Positions 49,718 to 59,571 are shown, numbered from the stretch's first letter. The stretch is 64,000 nt of DNA from an uncultured Rhabdochlamydiaceae bacterium (GCA_963712275.1 CAVQHD010000001.1:1600001-1664000), one strand, 5' to 3'. The notes: a model not told the origin generated them from the sequence alone. Numbers and translations: made by a program.

Positions 49718-51568
49718 ATGCTTAGTTTAAATTTTACATCAATGCAAATTACAAAAATCGAAAAAGATCCTATCTATTATCATCGTGAATTTACGCATGA
49801 TCTTGGAGAACCGCTAAAAAGCCCTTCATGGCTCGATCATGGACAGCGCATTGCAATGGCTGCCCTTCCTCTTCTAAGTCAATATAAGCCCTTAGGCTTT
49901 ATGATATCCTCAACAATGGGAACGGTTCGTCTTTGGACCTGTGCCGCACAGCTCATTGAGCACTTGCGTGAAGGAAAATCGAAAGAAGCCTCCTATGATG
50001 CTTTACAAACAATCATTGCGACCCTTTCATTGGCCGGATCGGTTTTTGCCCACCCTGTTGGAATGATCGTAACAACGAGTCAGGACCTGATGATTGAGGT
50101 TTCTAACCTTATCACACATTTGCAAATGAAAGATTATCCGAAAGCGCTTGAAAGTTGCTCCAATATCATTAACAATTCTCTTTATCTCGCTTTAATGACT
50201 CAGGGAGGAGTTGAACTGGGGCTAGCGTCCCTTGCCTTTCAAATAATGATCGGGCTTTACAAATCTCAAACAGAAGTAAGAGACGGAAAATGTATGGAAG
50301 GCGCCGCTCGCCTCTTACTGACCTGCCTGCACTGTTATCAGCTAAAAGAACAAGTCAAAATACTTCAATTTAAATGGCTTTTACAGAAGCAGCTGCAGAA
50401 AATTCGGTCAGAACCAATTGACTCCAAGCTTGAAGACGCAAAAGAAGGTTCTATTGTCCGGCAGGACGCCTCTGCTAAAATCCCCTGTAAGACAATATGG
50501 CCTTCCACTCTGCAGATGGCTTGGGATCAATTACAACTTTCAGGAGAACAAATACAGCAGCTGCAAAAAGCAATCGAAGCGACCTATCCAGAATTAGGAT
50601 GTACAGGCCGGATTGTTAAGAAAGGAGTCTTTTCTCATAACGGAACTTCATTCCCCCTTCCTCGAACGATTGTTTTTCTAGAAAACGGAGAGGTTCTCAT
50701 TTCCCTCAAAGACCTGCCTTTGATAGGAAAAGGAGGAGAAAGAGTTGTGAAGCCTGCCTATGGAGCCCTTTCAGGGAAAATGCTAGCGAAAAAACATGTG
50801 CAAAATGACACCCCAGAGTTCAGAATCTTTCAACACTTTTATAAACACCCTGAGCTAGGCATTGTTAAAACGGTAGGATTTTACGGGAAAAACGTTGTAC
50901 AAGAAAAATATAGCGGAAACCTTCAGCAGCTCCTTAGTTCGCAAAGCCCCCTTTCCTCCCAGGCCAAAACAAACCTGTGCTACCAACTTTTGCACGGATT
51001 ATCAGCTTTGCACCGCCTCCCGCTTAGCAGCACTGTCAAAGACGGCCTCTTCCATAACGATATTTCCACGGTCAATATCCTGTTTAAAGAAGGGAATCAG
51101 ATCGAAGTTGCCCTTGATGACTTTGGCCAATCGGGAAAGCTTGGTATCCCTAATGGCAAGGATTGGTATTTTGCACCCGAAGTAGCGGCTCTGAAAAAGC
51201 AACTAGCAGAAGGTGTTGCTTATTCACCGGAGCAATTGAAAGTTTTCAATGAAACCTATGGCAAGCAACGAGATATTTGGGCCTTGGGTCTTGTCTTAGC
51301 AGATATTATGAAGTCTGGAGCTGCTGTTCGAAGCGGCGATTGCGTTGGATTGAAGTGTGTGAGCAACCTTGTAAAAAAAGGAGCTGAAGGCATTCATGCT
51401 CTTTCTACCGAACTAAAACAAGAGCAAATTGATCGAGAAATTCAAGCAGCTCAGAATTCTTTGCCTAATACTCCGTCCGGACAAAGCGAAAAGAAAATGT
51501 GGACTATGATCAATCAAATGCTGCAAATAAACCCTGCTCACCGCCTTTCCTCCATAAAAGATACTTAG
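49718..51568 (+). CDS. Ser/Thr protein kinase with N-terminal hydrophobic helical domain (putative effector)
   Basis: IGKGGER, LAKK, HNDISTVN, DDFG, APE and DIWALG motifs. Confidence 0.85.
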   Translation: MLSLNFTSMQITKIEKDPIYYHREFTHDLGEPLKSPSWLDHGQRIAMAALPLLSQYKPLGFMISSTMGTVRLWTCAAQLIEHLREGKSKEASYDALQTIIATLSLAGSVFAHPVGMIVTTSQDLMIEVSNLITHLQMKDYPKALESCSNIINNSLYLALMTQGGVELGLASLAFQIMIGLYKSQTEVRDGKCMEGAARLLLTCLHCYQLKEQVKILQFKWLLQKQLQKIRSEPIDSKLEDAKEGSIVRQDASAKIPCKTIWPSTLQMAWDQLQLSGEQIQQLQKAIEATYPELGCTGRIVKKGVFSHNGTSFPLPRTIVFLENGEVLISLKDLPLIGKGGERVVKPAYGALSGKMLAKKHVQNDTPEFRIFQHFYKHPELGIVKTVGFYGKNVVQEKYSGNLQQLLSSQSPLSSQAKTNLCYQLLHGLSALHRLPLSSTVKDGLFHNDISTVNILFKEGNQIEVALDDFGQSGKLGIPNGKDWYFAPEVAALKKQLAEGVAYSPEQLKVFNETYGKQRDIWALGLVLADIMKSGAAVRSGDCVGLKCVSNLVKKGAEGIHALSTELKQEQIDREIQAAQNSLPNTPSGQSEKKMWTMINQMLQINPAHRLSSIKDT

Positions 51569-53829
51569 GGAGGTGGAAGCACCCAGCGGCTTTGGGAGAT
51601 GGTGGGCGGTCTGCTTTGGACGCCAGCGTCGGACAAGATCGAAGCTGGAATATCTGCTGAAGAAGAAACAAGCTGGTTGTTTTCATAGCTGAGATTGATG
51701 GGATAAGTGGTTCCGTTGTCTATGAAAGGGCACGGATCGAAAAAGCCCGTTCCGATGTAGGGATAAAAGCCTAGAAGCAGATGGTAGAAGTTATTATAAG
51801 TGACAATGTTCGCAGGAATGGGTGTCTCGAGCCAATAATTGCCGTTGTAGTCAATATCGCCGTACGTCACGCATCCTCCGCTATCGCTTCCATAAGGGGC
51901 TCCATTTTGGAGGTAGTAGAGTGGATATTCAGCCAAGAAAGGGTCATTAGGATTGGGCTCGGGGCCATAAAAGGTCACTCCAATCGGGTTGTTATACGAT
52001 GCATTCGATTGCAATTGAATATACCGGCTTCCCCCATCTGTATAAAAAGTATTACTGCCGCCATCTGGCCGTTTTCCGTAAGCGACATTTCCTTCAATGA
52101 GCAGCCCTTGTGAAAGCGATGGCCCTTGCTGCCCTGTAGTATAAATGGCGCCGCCATCCCATAAAACATTGATGAAGTTGACAATTTTGTTTTGAAGAAT
52201 TTGACATCCCAAATTAGGTGTTGGCGAGTCGATTGGACCCCACTCCCCACTGGCGGCATGAAGCAGCCCGGGAAAGCTTCCTACATCCAGTAGTCCCCAG
52301 CCCCAACCGATGGCAATTCCCGACCAAGGGACATTGACGATGGTGTTGTGAATGATCGTCGTCTTTTGCGTAAAACCAACAAAAATGCCGGCAGCATCCA
52401 CGTATTCAACCGCAACCGTATCGATGAGATTGTTGGTGATCAGATTATTATTCAGAATATAACCGGGATTAGTTGGGTGAGAATCCATGGCTGTTGCCGC
52501 TCCAAGCTCGATGGCAGAGGATGAAATATCGGTGAACAGATTGCTATCAATGGTGTTGCTCCTGCTCCCAAGTCCAAATTGCAGGCCTACGCCGCCCAGA
52601 TGTTCAAAAATATTGCCATAGAAGACAATGTTTTTTGCAAATGCAAACGAGAGGTTTCCAGGGGTGGGCACGACATTCTGATCATGGCCTATGAAATTCG
52701 GTGAGTGATTTGAGCCGACCAGAAGCTGGCCGCTTTGATCAGCCACATATCCATCGGAGCTGCTGGCCCCCAGCCAGGTTGCGTAGCTAAACGTGAGTCC
52801 TTCAAAACGGATGTTCTGAATGGGCGCTCCAAGGGTTCCTTGACCAACGATCAAGGTTTCAAGAATCGGCAATTCAACATCTGCAGTACTCATGTCCTCA
52901 TCCGGAAGGGGCATGTAGTATAAGACGCCTCCTGCACTATCTAAATACCACTGGCCAGGCTCCGTGAGAAACTGAAGGGCGTTTTCAAATCGTGTGACTT
53001 GCCAAAAACTCCATTCGCCAGGTTCATTTGTCGATATATCAAAGTAGACGTTTGCATTGGTCCAGGCAGGCTCTTGGAGTGTGATAAGCCCATTATTGGG
53101 AGGGCTATAAGCGGTGATTGTGCTCAGAGGCACTCTCATCATTTTCCATTGGGTCACAATGACAGCCTCAATGTCCTGCCAATTTGTCCATAGATTGGGA
53201 TATTCCCATTCGGGTGGATTTAGGCTGGTGGGGATGAATTCAATTCCTCCGTTTGTCCACATAGGGAGAAATCCAGGAGGATAGGCGGTTGTCTGCGCGC
53301 GCTCTACCCGATTCCCATTGACGTAGAGCTGGCGTGATTTGCAAGGGGCAATTTGGGCCTGATAGATCCCACTAGGCGGATTAGGGAGGCTCCAGCCCGT
53401 CACTTGAATCGCTCCGGAAATCACAGGACTACTTCCAGGAGCGGCAGAGTAGACGACATCGTGCCCTTTTCGTCCTGAGTCCCTTGAGTCAAGCATCAGA
53501 GGCTGCGCAAGCCGATAGGTCCCTTCTTCGATGTAGACATAAATATCTTGATCTTCAAATGCCGATGATGGCAAAGCGCGAACTGCATCACGCGCTCTCG
53601 CCAGAGTGAGAAAAGGAGCTTGCTCCGTTCCAGGATTATCATCGCTGCCACTGGGTGAAACCCAAAAAGAAATGCACGGCGCTGCAAGGTTGACCGAAGC
53701 TAGCGCCTGTTTTTCTTCACAAATAAAACTGCCGTAAAATTCTGCTAAACGATCGACCGAGAAGGTGTTATTTTGAGCACAAACAGCCAAGGAAGACAGG
53801 CAAAAGATAGCAAAAAGACACCTTCTCAT
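51565..53829 (-). CDS. Exported right-handed beta-helix carbohydrate-active enzyme (GH141-like N-terminus)
   Basis: Signal peptide, WVSPSGSDDNPGT..PFLTLARARDAVR, GTYRL, PGQWYLD, DGGAIYT and PbH1-type repeats. Likely start is 53829. Confidence 0.8.
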   Translation of the reverse strand: MRRCLFAIFCLSSLAVCAQNNTFSVDRLAEFYGSFICEEKQALASVNLAAPCISFWVSPSGSDDNPGTEQAPFLTLARARDAVRALPSSAFEDQDIYVYIEEGTYRLAQPLMLDSRDSGRKGHDVVYSAAPGSSPVISGAIQVTGWSLPNPPSGIYQAQIAPCKSRQLYVNGNRVERAQTTAYPPGFLPMWTNGGIEFIPTSLNPPEWEYPNLWTNWQDIEAVIVTQWKMMRVPLSTITAYSPPNNGLITLQEPAWTNANVYFDISTNEPGEWSFWQVTRFENALQFLTEPGQWYLDSAGGVLYYMPLPDEDMSTADVELPILETLIVGQGTLGAPIQNIRFEGLTFSYATWLGASSSDGYVADQSGQLLVGSNHSPNFIGHDQNVVPTPGNLSFAFAKNIVFYGNIFEHLGGVGLQFGLGSRSNTIDSNLFTDISSSAIELGAATAMDSHPTNPGYILNNNLITNNLIDTVAVEYVDAAGIFVGFTQKTTIIHNTIVNVPWSGIAIGWGWGLLDVGSFPGLLHAASGEWGPIDSPTPNLGCQILQNKIVNFINVLWDGGAIYTTGQQGPSLSQGLLIEGNVAYGKRPDGGSNTFYTDGGSRYIQLQSNASYNNPIGVTFYGPEPNPNDPFLAEYPLYYLQNGAPYGSDSGGCVTYGDIDYNGNYWLETPIPANIVTYNNFYHLLLGFYPYIGTGFFDPCPFIDNGTTYPINLSYENNQLVSSSADIPASILSDAGVQSRPPTISQSRWVLPPP

Positions 53830-53839
53830 AGAGCCAGAT

Positions 53840-54742
53840 TTAAAAAGAAACAGCAAGGCTCACGTTCACTCCCGTAAAAATATAAGAGTTGCTTGGCAAG
53901 CCTAGGGCAAGTCCCGTCGTTGTTTTGGCAGTGCTGCGGCCATCATGCCAAGTTTCGAAAAAGGGAGACACGATGACGGCAAGGCGGTCGCAAAAACCGG
54001 AAAATGTTAGCGGGACTTCCACAAAAAAGTTGGAGATTTTATAAGTCAGGCCCCACTGAGCTCCACTAAGCGGTTTAAGCCGCACGATAGGAAACACCTG
54101 CGGCATCCATTGGAAATTACATCCCCAGGAGAAGATAGAATTGACCGTGTTTTCAAAGAGAAATCCTACAGGGATGTAGAATTCTGTATAATCTAAGTCC
54201 AGAGAGGCTGAATTAACGCTTACCTTTTCAGCTAAATAACGAACTCCAGCTCCTGTAAAAAGTGTCAATCTATTGTGGCCGATTCTCTCTTTTCCAAAGG
54301 TATACCCCACTCGCTCCTGGCCATTAAAATCTTGCAGTTTTCGCTTCGTCGCACCGTTTTCAGTGGTTCCAGCCCGCCAGCTAAAAGCTGTTGCGGCATA
54401 AACCCAGTCTTGAGGCCGGTACTCATAAATGGCCCGAACTCCACCCAGACTGCCTTTTGTCGTGTGATTTCCCTTGGGTTTTATCCAGGCATATGAGTAA
54501 TTGCCTCCGACTTGAACCTGCTGAGAAAACTCACGAGGGGGAGCTTTCTTTTCATTATCTTTTTTCGCGCGATTGTCTTTAGATTTGTCCTTAGATGTTG
54601 TCCAAGCTAAGTAATCGCCCTCGTTTTGCGCCTGCGTAGAAAATTCAGCCGGAGGATTAACTGTTCCTTCCAGTTTAAGTGTCTCATCTGCATAGAGCAT
54701 GAGACTTGAAAGCATGAAGATCATTCCATAGTATTGTTTCAT
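53840..54742 (-). CDS. Outer-membrane beta-barrel protein
   Basis: Signal peptide, alternating aromatic/hydrophobic strands and a C-terminal Phe (YIFTGVNVSLAVSF). Confidence 0.8.
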   Translation of the reverse strand: MKQYYGMIFMLSSLMLYADETLKLEGTVNPPAEFSTQAQNEGDYLAWTTSKDKSKDNRAKKDNEKKAPPREFSQQVQVGGNYSYAWIKPKGNHTTKGSLGGVRAIYEYRPQDWVYAATAFSWRAGTTENGATKRKLQDFNGQERVGYTFGKERIGHNRLTLFTGAGVRYLAEKVSVNSASLDLDYTEFYIPVGFLFENTVNSIFSWGCNFQWMPQVFPIVRLKPLSGAQWGLTYKISNFFVEVPLTFSGFCDRLAVIVSPFFETWHDGRSTAKTTTGLALGLPSNSYIFTGVNVSLAVSF

Positions 54743-54832
54743 TGAAAATCCTTGTTTACTAAATATTTCACTTAATGCAAACTGTAGTCACTATGGCTAG
54801 AAATTGTCTAGCAAAATTTTAAAGGAAGTACG

Positions 54833-56476
54833 ATGAAAGCGATAAAACAGTGTCTATGGCTTGTGCTTTTCTGTAAGGGTCTTGTTGCAGGTGGAATTTT
54901 CGATTCGCAATCTGCACTAGAAGGGTATGCTGTAGAAGCAACCGGTTTTTATGAAGAATATGTTGCAGAACAAGCGCTCATCAACGCAGAGGTGGGCTTA
55001 GGAGCTACTGCGTCTCCCTTTCAACCTCCCGCGCTTCCTTCCCCACCTGCCGACCCTCCAGCACCCGCCCCTATGGCAGGTTATGTACCCATTGTCATCG
55101 TCAATAGCAGCGGTTTTCCAGATACCGATGTGTATATCACCATTATTGGAGCTCAAGTCATAGGAACAACCGCTCAAACCCAGAAAATGTACATGACATT
55201 TAATTCCTCTGGCGTGGGTTCCTATACGCTTGTGCCTGCCAGCGGCAGCGGCTCGGTGCCAAATGTTCAGCTGAGCACCGTCAACACTCCCATGACCGCA
55301 AATACTTATGCGATCTATGTCCCGGCAAATGATGCAGGATCCGATGGGATATCGGGTGCAAGGATCTATTTCCAAATTAACAATAGCACAGAGCTCGTCA
55401 CCTATAGCGGCGGCTTGTTAACAGAACCTACCGTTTTAAATCAGTCGCTCTCCTCCTACAGCATCTCTTTTGACAAGTATGAATTTGCCTATATCCCCAA
55501 CGGCAGCCCCCAAATTGCAGCGGATGGAACAGCCGTCGACTTTTTCTGCCTTCCACTCTACGGCTTTCTTTCAACGCCAGATACAGGTTCGCCAAACCAT
55601 TCCGGCCTCTATGAACCTCAAAGTTTCATTATGAAAACGGTCGTTCCCTATTTTTTTAATAATAAATGCACTGGCAGCTTTAAATCCGCTATTTTGGCTC
55701 AGTGGAACAACCTCTTCTCTCCAACGGAGTCTAACCCCATTCGCGTTCTCTCTCCTGGATCTGCAATGAGTGTAGGAACGGGGAGCACGTTTCCCAATAA
55801 GTTCGATCCTAACTATTTTGATAACGCCAGTGCTTATGGATTTAGTTTGCTCCAATATCTTTGGTCTGGGGCAGCGAGCTATTATCGAACAAACGGGCTC
55901 TATTTTGCCATTCCAGCTTCTGGCTTGTATCCACAACCAGGGACTTGCGCGACTAACATGGTTTCAGGCGTCTACACAGCGACCATTAATGGGAGCAATG
56001 TCATGAATCTTTGCCCCTCGTTTACAACCGAATCGGAGTCTTATTTCCCTGCGCCAAGCACAGCGAATGCCTCAAATCCTTCTCCGACAAACGGCCCTAC
56101 GTCCTACTTGATTTTTGCATCACAAAACTTAAATTCCACCTTCGCGGCCAACCTTCAAGGAAACCAGGTGAGCAAACTTTTTGAAGAGGCGATGATTGCA
56201 GGTCTTCTGCCAGCAGCTTTTTCACCTACCAATCCTCTTAGCAACAGCTATCTATCTGCCAACTCAGGCAGCTATTACAGCAATAGCGCCAATTTGCCAG
56301 CAAGCGCTGGAGGACCTTGGTATAGCCTTTATTCTGAAGCAATTCACTACTGCGGACCTATTTATGCCTATGGGTTCGATGAGCCTCTCTATCCCAACGT
56401 CCTTATGCAGTGCACCACACCTACGTCAACCACCTACATTGGCATCACGATCGGGACTTGCGATTTAGTCCCTTAG
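54833..56476 (+). CDS. Exported beta-1,3-glucanase-like protein (GH64)
   Basis: ISGARIYF, FDKYEFAY, TAVDFFCLPL, IRVLSPG and YSEAIH...YAYGFDE resemble GH64 motifs. Has a signal peptide and a Pro-rich linker. Confidence 0.7.
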   Translation: MKAIKQCLWLVLFCKGLVAGGIFDSQSALEGYAVEATGFYEEYVAEQALINAEVGLGATASPFQPPALPSPPADPPAPAPMAGYVPIVIVNSSGFPDTDVYITIIGAQVIGTTAQTQKMYMTFNSSGVGSYTLVPASGSGSVPNVQLSTVNTPMTANTYAIYVPANDAGSDGISGARIYFQINNSTELVTYSGGLLTEPTVLNQSLSSYSISFDKYEFAYIPNGSPQIAADGTAVDFFCLPLYGFLSTPDTGSPNHSGLYEPQSFIMKTVVPYFFNNKCTGSFKSAILAQWNNLFSPTESNPIRVLSPGSAMSVGTGSTFPNKFDPNYFDNASAYGFSLLQYLWSGAASYYRTNGLYFAIPASGLYPQPGTCATNMVSGVYTATINGSNVMNLCPSFTTESESYFPAPSTANASNPSPTNGPTSYLIFASQNLNSTFAANLQGNQVSKLFEEAMIAGLLPAAFSPTNPLSNSYLSANSGSYYSNSANLPASAGGPWYSLYSEAIHYCGPIYAYGFDEPLYPNVLMQCTTPTSTTYIGITIGTCDLVP

Positions 56477-56477
56477 A

Positions 56478-56594
56478 AGAGGAAAATCGGGCAAGGGGAC
56501 GGGCACGGTAACGTTCACGAAAGAAAAATCAGTCAAATTTTTATCCCATTTAGGAGATCTCTTTCGTGAACGTTACCGTGCCCGATTTTCCTCT
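56478..56594. repeat. Palindromic element family A, copy 2
   Basis: Same arms as 8351-8549 with a ~35-nt unrelated spacer. The right arm lacks 12 nt. It starts just after the GH64 stop codon. Confidence 0.88.
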
Positions 56595-56639
56595 GCTAGT
56601 TACCAGTTATTTCCTGACAGAGCCTTGGCACCGCTCTAC

Positions 56640-57026
56640 CTACCGATGTCCACCTCCGCCATGCCCTCCACCACCATGACCTCCACTATGGCCTCCAGAC
56701 TGGCCACCTTCATGACCACCGCCTCCCGCTCCCCCCTCATCGCCGTGCTCACCTCTGTCACGTGAAGAATAGTAAACAGGGTGATCATGATGATAATAAT
56801 TGCGATTAGGCGGGTAGTCCCCATGATTTCGGCGCCATCTCCAGTAGTTATCTTCATCATCGAACCAAATCCCATAATAGAAACCTGGACCAAACCAGAC
56901 ATCTTCCTCTATATAAACATTAGACTGCTTTTGTTTAGATTGATCTGAGCTATCTGAATATAAGGGACTCAGGGAAAGAATAAACGGCGATAAGATAAGA
57001 AAATACCGCCTGCATTGATATGACAT
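56640..57026 (-). CDS. Small exported protein with Tyr/Trp-rich core and Gly/His-rich tail
   Basis: AGGAGG RBS, signal peptide, WFGPGFYYGIWF and GGH repeats. Confidence 0.7.
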   Translation of the reverse strand: MSYQCRRYFLILSPFILSLSPLYSDSSDQSKQKQSNVYIEEDVWFGPGFYYGIWFDDEDNYWRWRRNHGDYPPNRNYYHHDHPVYYSSRDRGEHGDEGGAGGGGHEGGQSGGHSGGHGGGGHGGGGHR

Positions 57027-57065
57027 ATCTCCTCCTATGAATAATAATCTCAGCTCATATAGGTT

Positions 57066-57344
57066 TTATCCATTTTGTAGCAAGGCGGAACGTTGTTCTA
57101 AGGCAGGACGAGTCGATTTCCAATGAGCTCTAAGGGCCGTTCGGTCCACCATCACGCCGCTCGGAAATAACTCTTTTACGATAAACCAAGCATGCCGTTT
57201 GATAAGTAATTCTTTGCTCTCGGTTAAGTTGGTCGTATAGACTCTGCTGCCTAGTTTGCGCAGCCGTCCCTTCTTCAAGTCCTTCGAGACCTGGGATGCT
57301 AGAGCTGCATTTGAGACAAAGACCTCTGGCAAGAATTTGGTCAT
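57066..57344 (-). pseudogene. N-terminal fragment of a large Fic-family protein
   Basis: LPEVFVS...GRLRKLGSRVYTTNL...LFPSGVMVDRTAL resembles the N-terminus of long Fic proteins. The ORF stops at 92 aa with no HPFxxGNGR motif. Confidence 0.55.
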
Positions 57345-57449
57345 TAAGTTCCCCTTTTTACCCTACTTTGGCAACTTTTTGGGTTTTAAGACAGCTTTTT
57401 TGCAACTTTTTGGGATTTTAAGGATTTTTGATGTCGTTAGATAGCATTC

Positions 57450-59564
57450 TTGTGTAAAATTTGCCGCAAAAGGTTAAAAATGGCGCATTCTCCTAGATCA
57501 ATTTTTCTCCCAATGACTCCCTTACCAGGGGGACAAAAGGTATTGTTCGCCTTGGGAACAGGAATCTTTGCATACCAGATTCTTACTGAACTAGTCCACA
57601 GAGTAGCCCAGGAACATTTTGAAAATCAAGATGTTAATCCGACTTATGTAGTAGGTGTCTTAACTATGTGCTGCATCGGTGTAATAGCTTCCTGCACCTC
57701 CCCTTTGTTGATCTATTTCTGCTTTGCCACAACAGGGATCATGGCATTCATCCTTTATCGATCTCCAATATCATTAGGAAGTCCTCCACCTTCCGGATTG
57801 TTAGACATGGTCGCAGCAGCAGAATTTCATCCCGAGTGGGGATATTGCTTACCTGATGAGACACTTCTTCCTCTCCTTGAAACAGCCCTAAAACATCCTG
57901 ATAAACAAAACATTATACTCCTGGGAGACACCAAGATAGGCAAAACATTGCAAATCGAATATCTAGCTTGGATGTTAAAGCATAAGAAACTTCCCAAAAA
58001 CTCTCCTTTGGAAAAATTAAGACTTTTTGCATGGGGTAACGACGATCCCACAGATGTTGCTATTACATCAATACTTAAATTCTTCAAGGATCATCCTAAT
58101 GCCTTTTTCTTTATCGATAGAATACCTCACAACCTCTTGACTTTTGGAAAAATTCAATCTGCTATGCAACGAGGAGAGTTACGGCTCATCGGAACAGCAA
58201 CTTCGGATGAATATCGAGAAAAATTTGCTTCTGATAATACTTTGAATGGCCTATGGCATCAATTGCCCATGAATGAACCCTCTAAAGAACAGTGTGTTAA
58301 GATACTGGAGATGAAAATTCCTCTTTTGCTCAAAAAATATGGCGGCTTAAGTGTCTCAAAAGAGGCTCTTGATGTCGCAATTCTCTTGTCTAAAATGATC
58401 TGGCCCAAATTGAAGCAACCAGCCAGCGCATATGATCTATTGAATAGAATTTGCCCTTATGTTGTTACGGGTATGTCACCAAGTTCATCTGGATTAGTCA
58501 TAGGCGCTAAAGAAATCATCCAAGGGGCAAAAGAAGCACGATTAATTGAAAATGATTTTGATCTATCCCAGCTGAATCCTCCTAAACAAGATTTGTCTTC
58601 TTCAGCAACTCAGGAGTTACTACCCGTAGGACTTATCGATATGATTGCTCAAGCAGAATCTCATCCAGAATGGGCTTATGGTGCAAATATTGACGATTTG
58701 ATCCCTAAAATTGTAACTGCTCAAGCAGAATCGTGGAGGAAAAGTATCTTACTGCAAGGACATCAAACTAATATAAATCTTTTAATACAGAATTTAGCCT
58801 GGAGAATTAAAAACAAAACACTGCCTTCATTAGCTCTCTTAGAACACATTAGAATTGTTAGACTTAACCCCAACCAACTGTTAAACGATGGTTCTTATGG
58901 TTCTGCTAAAGGAGAGGTTGTTAAAAAAATTATCGAGTATTTAGTAAGTCGCCCCAATACTATCTGTGTTATTGAAAATGCCAATTTTCTTTTAGAGGAA
59001 CCTTCCTTGTTATCAAACAATGATAGAAAAGCAATTCTTGCAATCACAGAAGCCTTAAGTGAAGGGAAGTTACGGCTGATTGGAACAATACCTGGTTTGG
59101 ACTTCAAGAATAAGGATACTCAAAATAAAGAATTACAGATAATTTTGAGTTTCGAAAGTAAGAACCCCCAAATGGAACAATACTGGATGATCCATGAAGT
59201 CCCAGAACTTGAGTCACATCAATGTATTAAGCTTCTAATACAAGCCAAAGAAAATATAGAACGTCGCTATTCTGGAATAAAAATTGCTGAAGAGGTTGCT
59301 AAAGCATCTGTTATTTTAGCTAAGGCCTACAAGCCCCAGAATAAAAGCCTATGGGAATCTGCCTATGATTTATTATGTCAAGGATGCACTCAAAAGTTAT
59401 TGTCAAAAAATACTGACTCTACATTGGCTACGCAAGATCTTGCCATAGTAGTCATCAACCAAAAAATGACCAAAGATCCGTATAGAAAGCTCCTTGAAAT
59501 CGTTGAGAAAAAATTAATGGCCGACGATCTTAATATCAGCGATAATGAAGATTACGTTCTTTAA
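57450..59564 (+). CDS. Membrane-anchored protein with two degenerate ClpA/B NBD1-like AAA+ domains
   Basis: N-terminal TM segments, then NIILLGDTKIGKT, RGELRLIGTATSDEYR and EPSKEQC, with a second copy containing EGKLRLIGT. Likely start is 57480. Confidence 0.7.
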   Translation: MCKICRKRLKMAHSPRSIFLPMTPLPGGQKVLFALGTGIFAYQILTELVHRVAQEHFENQDVNPTYVVGVLTMCCIGVIASCTSPLLIYFCFATTGIMAFILYRSPISLGSPPPSGLLDMVAAAEFHPEWGYCLPDETLLPLLETALKHPDKQNIILLGDTKIGKTLQIEYLAWMLKHKKLPKNSPLEKLRLFAWGNDDPTDVAITSILKFFKDHPNAFFFIDRIPHNLLTFGKIQSAMQRGELRLIGTATSDEYREKFASDNTLNGLWHQLPMNEPSKEQCVKILEMKIPLLLKKYGGLSVSKEALDVAILLSKMIWPKLKQPASAYDLLNRICPYVVTGMSPSSSGLVIGAKEIIQGAKEARLIENDFDLSQLNPPKQDLSSSATQELLPVGLIDMIAQAESHPEWAYGANIDDLIPKIVTAQAESWRKSILLQGHQTNINLLIQNLAWRIKNKTLPSLALLEHIRIVRLNPNQLLNDGSYGSAKGEVVKKIIEYLVSRPNTICVIENANFLLEEPSLLSNNDRKAILAITEALSEGKLRLIGTIPGLDFKNKDTQNKELQIILSFESKNPQMEQYWMIHEVPELESHQCIKLLIQAKENIERRYSGIKIAEEVAKASVILAKAYKPQNKSLWESAYDLLCQGCTQKLLSKNTDSTLATQDLAIVVINQKMTKDPYRKLLEIVEKKLMADDLNISDNEDYVL

Positions 59565-59571
59565 CTCGCGG

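Noticed and set aside
57110..57133. TTA-GAGCTCATTGGAAA (minus strand) at the Fic truncation point as another element end
   Set aside because: It looks like an IS5-type end, but I saw no second copy or partner arm in the window.
57274..57284. TTCAAGTCCTT matching the tRNA-Thr T-arm as a possible attR
   Set aside because: It is only 11 bp, lies inside a coding fragment, and no integrase is present, so it is consistent with chance.
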